This document shows, piece by piece, positions 45,900 to 54,999 of a stretch of DNA of 64,000 bases. How positions within the stretch are numbered: the first letter of the stretch is position 1; each line of letters opens with the position of its first letter. Source of the stretch: a virus; the IMG/VR virus record IMGVR_UViG_3300028840_002524, positions 52,196-116,195 of that record, one strand, 5' to 3'. The notes beneath the pieces are model-generated. The model was not told where the DNA came from, searched no databases, and saw only the letters and a list, made by a program, of their open reading frames with translations. The translations under genes were made by a program, and so were the position numbers.

Positions 45900-47951
45900 A
45901 TGTCGTGTAGGAGAAAACACGTGCCATCGCCGAAACAGGTAGCCGGTCTCCATCGTCGTTTGTCCCTCCTTCAAGCCGAGGGTATTTCCGCTGCACCCAC
46001 CCTCGAAGGGCCCGAAATCCCGTTCAAGAAATCGGGTACCTTCCGCATCTATTCCGCCGAGCACACGCTCCCGTTCGAGGGGACGGCTGCGGCTCTCCGG
46101 AAGTGGATCGAGGGGAGGGGCCTCAAGTCCTTTGTGGTCCAGCGCATCCCCGAGCCCCTTGAGGGCGCAATCGAATACGTCCTCGTGAGCACCCGAGACC
46201 CGCGAACAGGAGCAGACGTTCCTGTGGGCGAGTTCTATGCGGACAACGAGTGGTATCCCCTCTCCGGGTACACAGGCAGTGAGGAGCACCTCGCCGACCT
46301 TTGCAAGGGAGTGGAGCGCGTTCTCAAGGACGTGTGCCTCGTGGAGGCGGTACGGTACGCCGATGATGAACCCTTCTGCGTGCTGTCCGTGTTCCCCGCC
46401 GTCCGGAGCGTCGGCGCGGCGCTGGCGTTCGTTCGGGATTTCGCAGACGAGGAAATACTCACCCGGGAGGAGGCCATCCTCCGGATTTCCCCGGCCGACA
46501 TGGCCGCCCTGGAGACGCAGACCCTCAGCGCCCCGGAGGGAGAGGCCATCGCAAAGGGCTCCCCGGCCGTGCCCGGCGTCGCGTACGCCCCGGCGGCGTG
46601 GTCGGCTCAGGAGGCGATGGAGCGGTTCGCCGTGACAGGTGATCGTTCCGTTCTGGCCGTGAAGATGACAGGCCCGGAGGATGTGGCGGCTCTCCAGTTC
46701 TGCTCCGGTATCGTGACCGAGACCGGCGGCCTCACATCTCACGCGGCCGTGGTGGCCCGGGGGATGGGCCTGCCGTGCATCGTTTCGGCCGACAGGATCG
46801 GACAGCGGCGCGGTGAGGAGATCACGCTCTCCATTGACGGGTCCACCGGCCTCGTGTTCGAGGGGAAAGCCCCCGTATCCGAGGAGACCGGTACGCTCGT
46901 ACTCGATGAGGTGCTCCAGTGGGTGCCTCCCGCCATGTCCGTCTATGCCAATGTGGACACCCCCGACGGGGCCAAGGACGCCGTAGGCGCGTACGGCGCC
47001 GCAGGGGTGGGGCTCTGCCGCACCGAGCACCAGTTCTTCGGGGCCGACCGCATCGAGCCGTTCAGGCGCATGCTCATCGCGGACACGGACGCCCTGCGCA
47101 AGGCCGCCCTCATCCGACTCCTGGAGTTCCAGCGGGATGACTTCAAGGGCATTTTCGACGCGGCCGGTGGGCGCCCGGTAACCATCCGCCTCCTGGACGC
47201 GCCCCTCCACGAGTTTTGGAGCGAGGACGCCGCCCAGGCCCTCGGGGTGTCGAAAACCGCCGTGAAGCGGTACGTCGAAACCCTCCACGAGTCGAACCCT
47301 ATGCTCGGTCACCGGGGATGCCGGTACGGGATCACGGCCCCGGAGGTGTACGCCATGCAGGTGCAGGCGGTCGCTGAGGCGGCGCTGGCGGTGCACGCGG
47401 AGGTGGCGACGGCCCCGCGCATCATGATCCCTCTCGTGGCCTCTGTGCGCGAATTCATCGCCGTACGCTCCCTCGTGGAGGACATCCTCACCAAGGTGAT
47501 GGGTTCGGAGGGCAAAAACATCCCCATTGGCACCATGATCGAGACCCCACGGGCCTGCATCACGGCCGATGAGATCGCCCGGGAGGCCGATTTCCTCTCC
47601 TTCGGGACCAATGACCTCACGCAGATGGTGTGGGGCTACTCTCGGGATGACGTGGAAAAGTGGATGCCCAAGTACCTGGACCTCCGGGTCCTTCAAGCCA
47701 ATCCGTTCGCCACGCTCGACGTTCGAGGGGTGGGGCGTCTTATTCGGCTCGGCGTAGAGCTGGCCCGAGCGGTGCGGCCCACCATCGAGATCGGCGTCTG
47801 CGGGGAACACGCGGCAGACCCGCGTTCCATCTCCGCGTTCGCCCATCTCGGGGTGGACTATATCTCCTGCTCCGTTTCAAGGCTCAAGATGGCCCGGTTG
47901 GCGGCCGCCCAGGTGGCCGTACGAGGGAGGGAAACTTGCATATCCGTTTAA
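45900..47951 (+). CDS. Pyruvate phosphate dikinase-derived PEP-utilising protein lacking an intact nucleotide-binding domain
   Basis: Phospho-His motif 'GGLTSHAAVVARGMG', 'GLCRTEH', 'NPMLGHRGCR', 'SFGTNDLTQ', 'GVCGEH'; N-terminal region short and degenerate; start uncertain. Confidence 0.85.
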   Translation: MSCRRKHVPSPKQVAGLHRRLSLLQAEGISAAPTLEGPEIPFKKSGTFRIYSAEHTLPFEGTAAALRKWIEGRGLKSFVVQRIPEPLEGAIEYVLVSTRDPRTGADVPVGEFYADNEWYPLSGYTGSEEHLADLCKGVERVLKDVCLVEAVRYADDEPFCVLSVFPAVRSVGAALAFVRDFADEEILTREEAILRISPADMAALETQTLSAPEGEAIAKGSPAVPGVAYAPAAWSAQEAMERFAVTGDRSVLAVKMTGPEDVAALQFCSGIVTETGGLTSHAAVVARGMGLPCIVSADRIGQRRGEEITLSIDGSTGLVFEGKAPVSEETGTLVLDEVLQWVPPAMSVYANVDTPDGAKDAVGAYGAAGVGLCRTEHQFFGADRIEPFRRMLIADTDALRKAALIRLLEFQRDDFKGIFDAAGGRPVTIRLLDAPLHEFWSEDAAQALGVSKTAVKRYVETLHESNPMLGHRGCRYGITAPEVYAMQVQAVAEAALAVHAEVATAPRIMIPLVASVREFIAVRSLVEDILTKVMGSEGKNIPIGTMIETPRACITADEIAREADFLSFGTNDLTQMVWGYSRDDVEKWMPKYLDLRVLQANPFATLDVRGVGRLIRLGVELARAVRPTIEIGVCGEHAADPRSISAFAHLGVDYISCSVSRLKMARLAAAQVAVRGRETCISV

Positions 47952-48199
47952 TGGACCCAAAAACGCACCAGATCGTGTTTGACGGAGACCCGAACGAGAA
48001 CATGAAGGATTTCCGGGACGCGCAGCGACTCTTCCCGGAGGCAACCGTCCAGGAAATCTCCGCTCCGCCCGCTCCGCCCCCTCCCAAGGTCGAGGCGGTC
48101 TACATAGCGGCGGCCCTCTGGATCCTGATCGGAGTTCTCGTTCTCGCCGGGACCCTCGGCCTGGGCGTGCGTCTCTTTATGTGGGCGGCTGGCCTGTGA
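47951..48199 (+). CDS. Small membrane protein
   Basis: TAATG coupling; Pro linker then a C-terminal transmembrane helix. Confidence 0.55.
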   Translation: MDPKTHQIVFDGDPNENMKDFRDAQRLFPEATVQEISAPPAPPPPKVEAVYIAAALWILIGVLVLAGTLGLGVRLFMWAAGL

Positions 48200-48678
48200 G
48201 CGAGAGTACACCACACATTGCAGAGCCGTGCGCCACGTGCGGGATCTCTGGGAAAAAGCCCAAGGGCGCGGTATGCTGCCGGTACATCACGGTGAAGCTC
48301 ATGCCCCCGGTCGATGAGGAGGACTGGGAAGAGATCAGGTGGTGGCTCGCCCACGATGGCACCATGGTGTACGCCAACGTGCTCTCCTCGAACCGGGTCG
48401 AGTGGCATCTCCAGGTGGACACCCGGTGCGGCTTCCTGGGCGCCCGTAACGTGTGCGGTGCGTACGCCGTGCGCCCCGGTCCCTGTCGGGAATACTCCCC
48501 GAGAGAGTGCGAGGCCGTGACGGGGGCCGAGCAGCATGACATCGAGCTCCGGACCATGGAGGACGCCGAGCGGTACGCCGACGCGGCCCTTCGACTCGCC
48601 CAGATCGCCGAACGTATCAAGAACCCTGGCGACGAACCGGAGCCGCATCGCGTTTCGGCCTACAGTGTGGACCCATGA
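48196..48678 (+). CDS. YkgJ-like CxxCxxCC Zn/Fe-chelating protein
   Basis: 'CATC.....CC', 'C.FL....C..Y..RP..CREY'. Confidence 0.8.
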   Translation: MSESTPHIAEPCATCGISGKKPKGAVCCRYITVKLMPPVDEEDWEEIRWWLAHDGTMVYANVLSSNRVEWHLQVDTRCGFLGARNVCGAYAVRPGPCREYSPRECEAVTGAEQHDIELRTMEDAERYADAALRLAQIAERIKNPGDEPEPHRVSAYSVDP

Positions 48679-48824
48679 AGCAAGGCAAGCACAGACCCAA
48701 GGACCTCCTTCGCCCGAACCGGGCCGCGATGCGCCGGGCCCTGAAACGCCCTCGGATCGACGGTGCGAACCCAGAAGCGTTCGACGCCCATCTCGACTGG
48801 TTGGTGCGTAGAATTCGACGATAG
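48675..48824 (+). CDS. Small basic hypothetical protein (49 aa)
   Basis: ATGA overlap; translated by hand as MKQGKHRPK...RRIRR*. Confidence 0.35.
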   Translation: MKQGKHRPKDLLRPNRAAMRRALKRPRIDGANPEAFDAHLDWLVRRIRR

Positions 48825-48845
48825 GCTACCTGTTCCATTGCCCAC

Positions 48846-48887
48846 GGCCCTCTATCGGGCCCCTCCGATAGGGGGCTCTTTTTTTTT
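48846..48887 (+). terminator. Rho-independent terminator before the promoter-array region
   Basis: GCCCTCTATCGG/CCGATAGGGGGC followed by a long T run. Confidence 0.85.
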
Positions 48888-48907
48888 CTCGCGTGCGGGA
48901 GTTTTCT

Positions 48908-48960
48908 TTGAATTTCGCTTGAAAAGTGGACCGTGACACCCTATAATAATAATAGACGGG
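48908..48960 (+). promoter_or_regulatory. Repeated strong promoter, copy 1
   Basis: TTGAAA(48919)-17-TATAAT, then AATAATAGACGGG. Confidence 0.85.
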
Positions 48961-49008
48961 GAACGAAAGGAACGACGGATGAGAAAGCCAAACGAAAGGA
49001 GAAACGGG

Positions 49009-49419
49009 ATGAGCACGGAAGCAACCTTCGAAACGGTCTGCGGGCTGGAACAAAACGAGCGGTACCCCTACGACGTGTTCTCGGTGGGCGACAAGGCCCA
49101 CACCAACGAGTACACGGACTCGGCCCCCGCCACGGTGGTCGAGGTCAAGCGCGGCGGCCGCGAGGTCACGGTGCAGATGGACAACTACCGCCTCGCCGAC
49201 GGCGAGAAGCCCGAGATGGTCCCGGGCGGGTTCGCGGCCCACTGCACCAACCAGGGCGACCTCAAGTACGAGTTCTCCCGGAACGAGGACGGGGCCACCC
49301 GGACCTACACCCTCCGCAAGTGGCGCGGCCGGTACGTCTGGACGCCCAAGGGCGGGACCCCCGACGGCCACCAGAGGCTCGCCAAGGGGTGGTACGCCTA
49401 CTACGACTACAACTTCTAA
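49009..49419 (+). CDS. Hypothetical early protein
   Basis: RBS AAGGAG; first gene after promoter copy 1. Confidence 0.7.
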   Translation: MSTEATFETVCGLEQNERYPYDVFSVGDKAHTNEYTDSAPATVVEVKRGGREVTVQMDNYRLADGEKPEMVPGGFAAHCTNQGDLKYEFSRNEDGATRTYTLRKWRGRYVWTPKGGTPDGHQRLAKGWYAYYDYNF

Positions 49420-49468
49420 CAGCGACGGACGCGGGGGTCCTCCGGGACCCCCAGAAGGGAGACCAGGG

Positions 49469-49699
49469 ATGGCTGGAAAAGGACTGATCGACCGCTTCAA
49501 GAGGGGGAGCGCCACCTACACCTGCTACGACTGCGGGAAGCGCACCAGGGACACAGGGCGCGGAGAGGGAGCGTACCTCGACGGCTCCGAGGGGCTCTGC
49601 TACGCCTGCTACATGCGGGAGAGCGCGGAGAACGAGCACCACGACAACGACGGCCAGCACAGCAAGGGCATGGAAGAGCACTGCCCCCTGTGCAAGTAG
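49469..49699 (+). CDS. Small zinc-finger protein
   Basis: CYDC...CYAC...H..H..CPLC. Confidence 0.65.
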   Translation: MAGKGLIDRFKRGSATYTCYDCGKRTRDTGRGEGAYLDGSEGLCYACYMRESAENEHHDNDGQHSKGMEEHCPLCK

Positions 49700-49710
49700 G
49701 AGACCCCAGG

Positions 49711-50019
49711 ATGACCTACCCCGAATGCGGAGACTACGGCCCCGACGACCTCGCCTCCGACGCCATGAACGAGGCGACACGCCTGCTCTGGGACAACGAG
49801 CACTACGCGGAACACGCCTGCGGCTCGGGCTCCCCCTCGGACGACATCGAGATCGCCCACCACTGCGGACTGGACACCGCCAAGATCAAGACCGACGCCC
49901 TCGCCTACATCGAGGAGCACACCGAATACGCGGACTGGTTCCGCGAGGACGCCCGAAAAGCCGTGGACGGCTTCTTCGAGGACGCGAACCTGGAAGAGGA
50001 GAAAGGTAGCACAAGATGA
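49711..50019 (+). CDS. Acidic hypothetical protein
   Basis: RBS AGGAG; start MTYPECG. Confidence 0.6.
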   Translation: MTYPECGDYGPDDLASDAMNEATRLLWDNEHYAEHACGSGSPSDDIEIAHHCGLDTAKIKTDALAYIEEHTEYADWFREDARKAVDGFFEDANLEEEKGSTR

Positions 50020-50327
50020 GGAAGAGCATGAGCCGCTCGCTCTGGGAACTCTTGAAAGACACCATCTGGAGGGACGACCCCCGGGGCTCCGGGTGGGTGT
50101 ACCTGCACGCCGGTGCGATCAATCGGTACCTCGAACGGAACGGGTGCCACCTCCGGATCGACGGGGACACCGGCAACTTCGAGGCGGTCTCGACGTGGGA
50201 CGATGGCACCTACGGCCGTGGGAAAACCGCCCTGGAGGCCCTCACGGAAGCCTGCCAGCTCTTCCCCCTCTTCCGCCACGAGATCATCCCCGCCGAGCTG
50301 TGGCCTGCCCGCAGCGACGCGGCCTGA
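50016..50327 (+). CDS. Hypothetical protein
   Basis: ATGA overlap. Confidence 0.55.
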   Translation: MRKSMSRSLWELLKDTIWRDDPRGSGWVYLHAGAINRYLERNGCHLRIDGDTGNFEAVSTWDDGTYGRGKTALEALTEACQLFPLFRHEIIPAELWPARSDAA

Positions 50328-50415
50328 TCCCGCAGGCCAAAACGACGCACCGGACCTCCCACAAAGGCCGCCGACCCTGGCGGCCTAATTTTTCTCTCGC
50401 GCACGCGGATTTTTC

Positions 50416-50468
50416 TTTAATTTCGCTTGAAAAGTGGACCGTGACACGCCATAATACTAATAGACGGG
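50416..50468 (+). promoter_or_regulatory. Repeated strong promoter, copy 2
   Basis: TTGAAA(50427)-17-CATAAT, then ACTAATAGACGGG. Confidence 0.85.
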
Positions 50469-50499
50469 CAACGAAATCAACCGACGAAAGGAGCACGAG

Positions 50500-51996
50500 A
50501 TGGCGAAACGGAAAGTCAAACCGAACTTCGAAAACGGGGCCGAGGGCCTCGTGGCCGAGGTTTCGGTGCACCGGAGCCGCATGGCGGCCTTTAAGGGCGC
50601 GGTCCACGAGCTGCGCCCCCGCTTCCCGGGCCTCAAGGCCGTCCTGACCAACGATCCGATGGAAGGGAAAAGCCCCCTGGACTTCCTCCCCGACCCCCCT
50701 CCCGAGCACGTGACCTACACGGTCTCCTCGCCCTACCCGACCTACCGGGTGGGCCCCTACGAGCTCCGGGCGGTCCTCACGACGGACTCGGTGGGCAAGA
50801 TGAGCCTCTGGACCCCGGAGGACGGGGCCATGGACCGGGAGACGGTCGAAAAGGCCGACTTCCTCCGGTGCGACCACTGCGGCAACCGCAGGAACCGCAA
50901 GAAACTCTTTTTCTTCCGCAAGGACGGCGAAACGGCCCTCACCCAGGTCGGATCGACCTGCTGCAAGGACTTCTTCGGGGTGGACGTGGAAAGGGAACTC
51001 AACAAGTTCTGGATGGACCTGGGCGACGCCCTCGGGGATGAGGACGGGTGGGACAACCCCCAGAGCCTCGGCGGCGGCCGGGTGAACGGCCACCAGTTCG
51101 AGTGGGTGATGCCGGTCGCCACGGTCTACGTCGAACGGCACGGGTACGTCTCGCGCCGCAAGACCGAGGGCCCCGGGTTCGGGATGGCGACGGCCGACCA
51201 ACTCTCCCTGGTGCTCTTCCCGCCCAAGTTCGGGAATGAGCCCAAAGAGGCCCGGGAGTTCCGCGAGGAACTCGTGGGGGAGGCCCGGGAGCGCGAGGAA
51301 GCCCTCATGGAAGAACTCAACGCCTACCGCGAGGAAAAGCGGGCGGCCCACGAGGCCAAGTGGAGCGAGTTCTCCTTTAACCTCGTGCAGAACTTCGAGT
51401 ACACCACCCTCGGCTTCGCGGCTTTCATCGCCTCGGACGTGGTAAAGCGCCGGGCCGAGTCGAACGCCCCAAAGGCCCCCAAGTCCAAGCGCCTGGATAT
51501 GCCCGAGGGCGGGAAGCACGGCCCCCTGGGCACCTTCGAGGTCACCTTCCAAAGGGAGGAAGAAAGCCAGTGGGGAGTCGCCTACTTCCACGTGGCAAAA
51601 GCCGAGGACGGCACCACGGTGATGTTCCGCCGGGGCAAGGGCGACCTCAAGGTGGGCGAAAAGGTCGAGCTGCGCGGGAAGGTGAAAAAGCACCTCAAGG
51701 ACGCCACGGTGGTCTCGAACCCCCGGGTGAAGGTGTTCCGGGCCGACGGCGCCGACACCTGCCCGGCCTGCGGGGCCAAGAGCAAAAAGTACCGGTTCCT
51801 GGAGTTCCGGTGCGGCAAGTGCAAGACCTACCACGACCGGTACACCTTCGAGGACCGCGAGGACGGTACCGAGACCTGCGCCGACTGCGGCCTGAACCTC
51901 CCGGTCCGCGAGACGGTGGAGAACGGCGGCAAGCGCCGGTGCTACCCCTGCAACGACACGATGCTCGCCACGCTGCGCGAGAAAGCAGCCACCTAA
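50500..51996 (+). CDS. Multi-zinc-finger protein with an OB-fold-like segment (498 aa)
   Basis: 'CDHCG.RR.RK...VGSTC..DF', OB-like 'GEKVELRGKVKKH' and four C-terminal CxxC pairs. Confidence 0.7.
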   Translation: MAKRKVKPNFENGAEGLVAEVSVHRSRMAAFKGAVHELRPRFPGLKAVLTNDPMEGKSPLDFLPDPPPEHVTYTVSSPYPTYRVGPYELRAVLTTDSVGKMSLWTPEDGAMDRETVEKADFLRCDHCGNRRNRKKLFFFRKDGETALTQVGSTCCKDFFGVDVERELNKFWMDLGDALGDEDGWDNPQSLGGGRVNGHQFEWVMPVATVYVERHGYVSRRKTEGPGFGMATADQLSLVLFPPKFGNEPKEAREFREELVGEAREREEALMEELNAYREEKRAAHEAKWSEFSFNLVQNFEYTTLGFAAFIASDVVKRRAESNAPKAPKSKRLDMPEGGKHGPLGTFEVTFQREEESQWGVAYFHVAKAEDGTTVMFRRGKGDLKVGEKVELRGKVKKHLKDATVVSNPRVKVFRADGADTCPACGAKSKKYRFLEFRCGKCKTYHDRYTFEDREDGTETCADCGLNLPVRETVENGGKRRCYPCNDTMLATLREKAAT

Positions 51997-52026
51997 TCCA
52001 GGCACGGGTGCTCTCGGCACCCTTTC

Positions 52027-52054
52027 GAGGGGCCCCTTCGGGGGCCCTTCTTTT
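52027..52054 (+). terminator. Rho-independent terminator
   Basis: GAGGGGCCCC-TTCG-GGGGCCCTTC followed by TTTT. Confidence 0.8.
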
Positions 52055-52088
52055 GTGGATCCACGCGGCGCTGGCGATGAAATTAAAT

Positions 52089-52141
52089 TTTAATTTCGGT
52101 TGAAAAGCGGATCATAACACCCTATAATACTAATAGACGGG
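52089..52141 (+). promoter_or_regulatory. Repeated strong promoter, copy 3
   Basis: TTGAAA(52100)-17-TATAAT, then ACTAATAGACGGG. Confidence 0.85.
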
Positions 52142-52166
52142 AGATGTGAGACAGACGGGAGACGAA

Positions 52167-53444
52167 ATGAGCCGCCTCGGAAACCTGACCCCCACGGAAC
52201 TCACCAAGAGAGCCAAGGCCGAAGCGAAGCGCACGGGCGAGTCGCTGTCGGCCACGAAAGCGCGGATGGCCCACGAGCTCTGCGCGGCTTCCAAGACCCA
52301 CGCCCATGAGGCCGAGTTTTTCGTCCTCTCCTACGGCATGGGAGTGGACAGCACCGCGATCCTCCTCCGGTACCTGGAGGACGGCTTCGAGGCCCACGGG
52401 ATCGACCCCAAGCGCCTCACGGTGCTCACGGCCATGACCGGCAACGAGTTCCCCGAGCTGAAAGCCCTGGTCGAGGAGCACATCCTCCCTCGGCTCCGCG
52501 AGCACGGGGTCCGCTACGTGCAAGTGGCACGCGAGACCGCGAAGGAGACCTGCGCGGTGCTGAGCGACACCACGACCCCCAACACCCTCCACCTGAGCGG
52601 GGCTTTCACCCTCCGGGACGAATGCACCGCGACGGCCACCATCCCCCAGAGCGGCGGCTGCCGCAAGTGCAGCATCAAGAGCAAGGGCTGGCCCCTGGAC
52701 ATGATGATCGAGCGGCTCACCGGCGGCCGCCCCTACCTCCACGTGATCGGCTTCGAGAGCGAGGAGACGGGCCGGGCGGTGAAGGACGCCTACTGCGGCA
52801 CCGACGCCCGCATACCGGCCTACCCCCTCCTCGACTGGGGATGGAACCGGGCCAAGTGCCTGGAATACATCAAGGAGCGGACCGGGGCCGACTGGACCAA
52901 GAGCGCCTGCTACTTCTGCCCCTTCTTCGGCCAAGGCGCGGAAAAAGCCCTCCTCGAAGAGCGGTGGACGACCCACCCGACCCTGGGCGGCGACGCCCTC
53001 TACCTGGAACACACCACCTTGGCCCTGAACCCCCGGCAAACCCTCTTCGGCAAGAAGTCGGCCCGGGAGTTCGCCGAGAAGCGCGGCCTGGACGCGGCGC
53101 TGGCGGCCTTTGAAGCGCAAAAGAGCAACGCCGAGTGGGTGGTCTACCGCCTGCGGCGCATCTGGAAGAACGGACGGGCAACCAGAGGGGTGGACCCCGA
53201 AAAGCGCGGCCTGAGCGAGGCTGAGGCCCTGGAGACCCTCCGGGAGATGGCGGCGGCCGAGGGCGCCCGGGTCGAGACCGACGCGGCCGGGATAACCAGG
53301 GCGATGCACAGCGGCAAGCCCCTGAGCGGGACCGGCACCGAACACTTCCTCGCCGCGAGCCCGGTGAGCATGACCAAGGCCAAGCACGGCCGCCTGAGCC
53401 CCGAGAAGTTCGAGGCCCGCTGGAAAGAGGCCACGGCCGGGTAA
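52167..53444 (+). CDS. PAPS reductase-like (PP-loop/adenine nucleotide alpha-hydrolase) protein
   Basis: PP-loop 'LSYGMGVDST', 'TGNE.PE', 'RKCSIKSK', 'IGF..EE', 'YPL.DWGW.R..C', 'KSACYFCPF'. Confidence 0.75.
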   Translation: MSRLGNLTPTELTKRAKAEAKRTGESLSATKARMAHELCAASKTHAHEAEFFVLSYGMGVDSTAILLRYLEDGFEAHGIDPKRLTVLTAMTGNEFPELKALVEEHILPRLREHGVRYVQVARETAKETCAVLSDTTTPNTLHLSGAFTLRDECTATATIPQSGGCRKCSIKSKGWPLDMMIERLTGGRPYLHVIGFESEETGRAVKDAYCGTDARIPAYPLLDWGWNRAKCLEYIKERTGADWTKSACYFCPFFGQGAEKALLEERWTTHPTLGGDALYLEHTTLALNPRQTLFGKKSAREFAEKRGLDAALAAFEAQKSNAEWVVYRLRRIWKNGRATRGVDPEKRGLSEAEALETLREMAAAEGARVETDAAGITRAMHSGKPLSGTGTEHFLAASPVSMTKAKHGRLSPEKFEARWKEATAG

Positions 53445-53450
53445 AAAACT

Positions 53451-53503
53451 TTGAATATCGGTTGAAAAGCGGATCATAACACCCTATAATACTAATAGAC
53501 GGG
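53451..53503 (+). promoter_or_regulatory. Repeated strong promoter, copy 4
   Basis: TTGAAA(53462)-17-TATAAT, then ACTAATAGACGGG. Confidence 0.85.
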
Positions 53504-53536
53504 ACACGAAAACCACCGACTGAAAGGAGCAAAACC

Positions 53537-53944
53537 ATGGGTTGGAGCTGCGCGACGGCCGCCGCCAAGACGCTGGACGCCTTTTCCAAGGCGTGCATCG
53601 AGAACAGCGGGAGCCAGAACAACTGGACGGACCCCAACGGGAGCACCTACTTCTTCGAGACCTCCAACAAGGAGCACCACGACGGCGCCATCACCGGCAC
53701 CGTCTGGAAGGTCATGGGCGAGCGTTGCCGCCGGTCCGGGTCCTTCCGGGTCGAGGGCGACGGCACTGTCACCCGGGCCCCCAAGTTCCTCAAGGCCGCT
53801 GCCAAGGCCGCCGAGACCGAGCCCAAGGGCTGCCGGTCCTGCGGCCGCACCGAGCCCGTTCCCACCTTCTCGGTGGTCCCCTCGGGCAAGGAAGAGGTCA
53901 CCTGCCCCACCTGCCTGGGGCCGGTCTACGTGGACGCGACATAG
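53537..53944 (+). CDS. Hypothetical protein with a C-terminal zinc ribbon
   Basis: RBS AAGGAG; CRSC...CPTC. Confidence 0.7.
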   Translation: MGWSCATAAAKTLDAFSKACIENSGSQNNWTDPNGSTYFFETSNKEHHDGAITGTVWKVMGERCRRSGSFRVEGDGTVTRAPKFLKAAAKAAETEPKGCRSCGRTEPVPTFSVVPSGKEEVTCPTCLGPVYVDAT

Positions 53945-53979
53945 CACCGGGGGCCTCGCCCCCGAGATGGGAGACAGAA

Positions 53980-54990
53980 ATGGGATTCGCCAACAGAGCC
54001 AAGGCCCGGACGCGCCAAAGGACGCACCGCTACGACGGCAAGCGGTACACCTTCCTGGCCCGGGTCCTCACCGACCACGCAAACCCCTACGCCGTCCGGG
54101 TCCGGGTCCGGTCCGAGGACCCCGACGCCTACGAGGAGAAGTTCTTCTTCAACCTGGGCTGGATCATCGAGCAGACGCGCTTGGGCGGCGACTGGGATAC
54201 GGACGACCTCGGGGTGGCCCTCAAGGCCGCCAAGGCCAAGTTCGAGGCCCAGATGGAGCAGGCCAAGGAGAAGAAGGAGGGAAGCGACGGCGCCAGCGCC
54301 GAGGAACCCGAAAGGGCCAACGAGTTCACGGACGCCGAGGGCAACCCGACCTGCTGCACCTACTGTAACCGGGTGACCAGGAACGACGCCCTCAAGCCGG
54401 GCGGCCGGGAGGGGAAGCCCATGTGCCCCTCCTGCCGGGAGCGGGAACCCAAGGAAAGGTACTCCGCCGAGGCCGTCGATGCGCTGCGCGAGGACAACCG
54501 CTACTGCGAGTGCATGCACCACAGGTACCACGTGGTCCACGTCTACAAGAACGGCATCCACAGCCATTCTCAGAGCTCCTTCGAGGCCCTGAACCGCTTG
54601 GCGGGAGAGGACACGGCCGGGGTGACCACGGTGCCCTCGGAGCTCTTCGACCACGACGACACGGCCGAGGAGCTCTTGGCCCGGTACAAGGCCGTCCAGG
54701 AGCGCGAGGCCCAGGAGCGCGAGGATGGGGAACTCAGGACCCTCACCAAGATGACCGACCCCGAGACCTTCGACCGCTACTGCACCCTGCGCAAGCAGGC
54801 GCCGTCCGAGTGGGCGGTGAAGGTGGAGCGCAAGAAGGACGATGAGGGCAAGGACAGGTACCAGATCGTCCGGTGCACCGGCCTGGACTCCTTCTCCCAC
54901 CTCTACGCGGGCAAGACCTTCGAGGAGGCTGTCCAGTCCCTCGAAATGCTCGTGACCGGGTGGGCCATAGGGGCCGGGTTCAGGGATTAG
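53980..54990 (+). CDS. Hypothetical multi-domain protein with a zinc finger
   Basis: Start MGFANRAK; CTYC...CPSC. Confidence 0.65.
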   Translation: MGFANRAKARTRQRTHRYDGKRYTFLARVLTDHANPYAVRVRVRSEDPDAYEEKFFFNLGWIIEQTRLGGDWDTDDLGVALKAAKAKFEAQMEQAKEKKEGSDGASAEEPERANEFTDAEGNPTCCTYCNRVTRNDALKPGGREGKPMCPSCREREPKERYSAEAVDALREDNRYCECMHHRYHVVHVYKNGIHSHSQSSFEALNRLAGEDTAGVTTVPSELFDHDDTAEELLARYKAVQEREAQEREDGELRTLTKMTDPETFDRYCTLRKQAPSEWAVKVERKKDDEGKDRYQIVRCTGLDSFSHLYAGKTFEEAVQSLEMLVTGWAIGAGFRD

Positions 54991-54999
54991 GAGGAAAGC

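Noticed and set aside
44967-47846. Long minus-strand ORFs (959 aa here; also 1628-3229, 5863-7569, 37256-39016, 38932-40689, 50284-52020)
   Set aside because: They are antisense shadows of motif-bearing plus-strand genes in high-GC DNA and have no recognisable motifs of their own.
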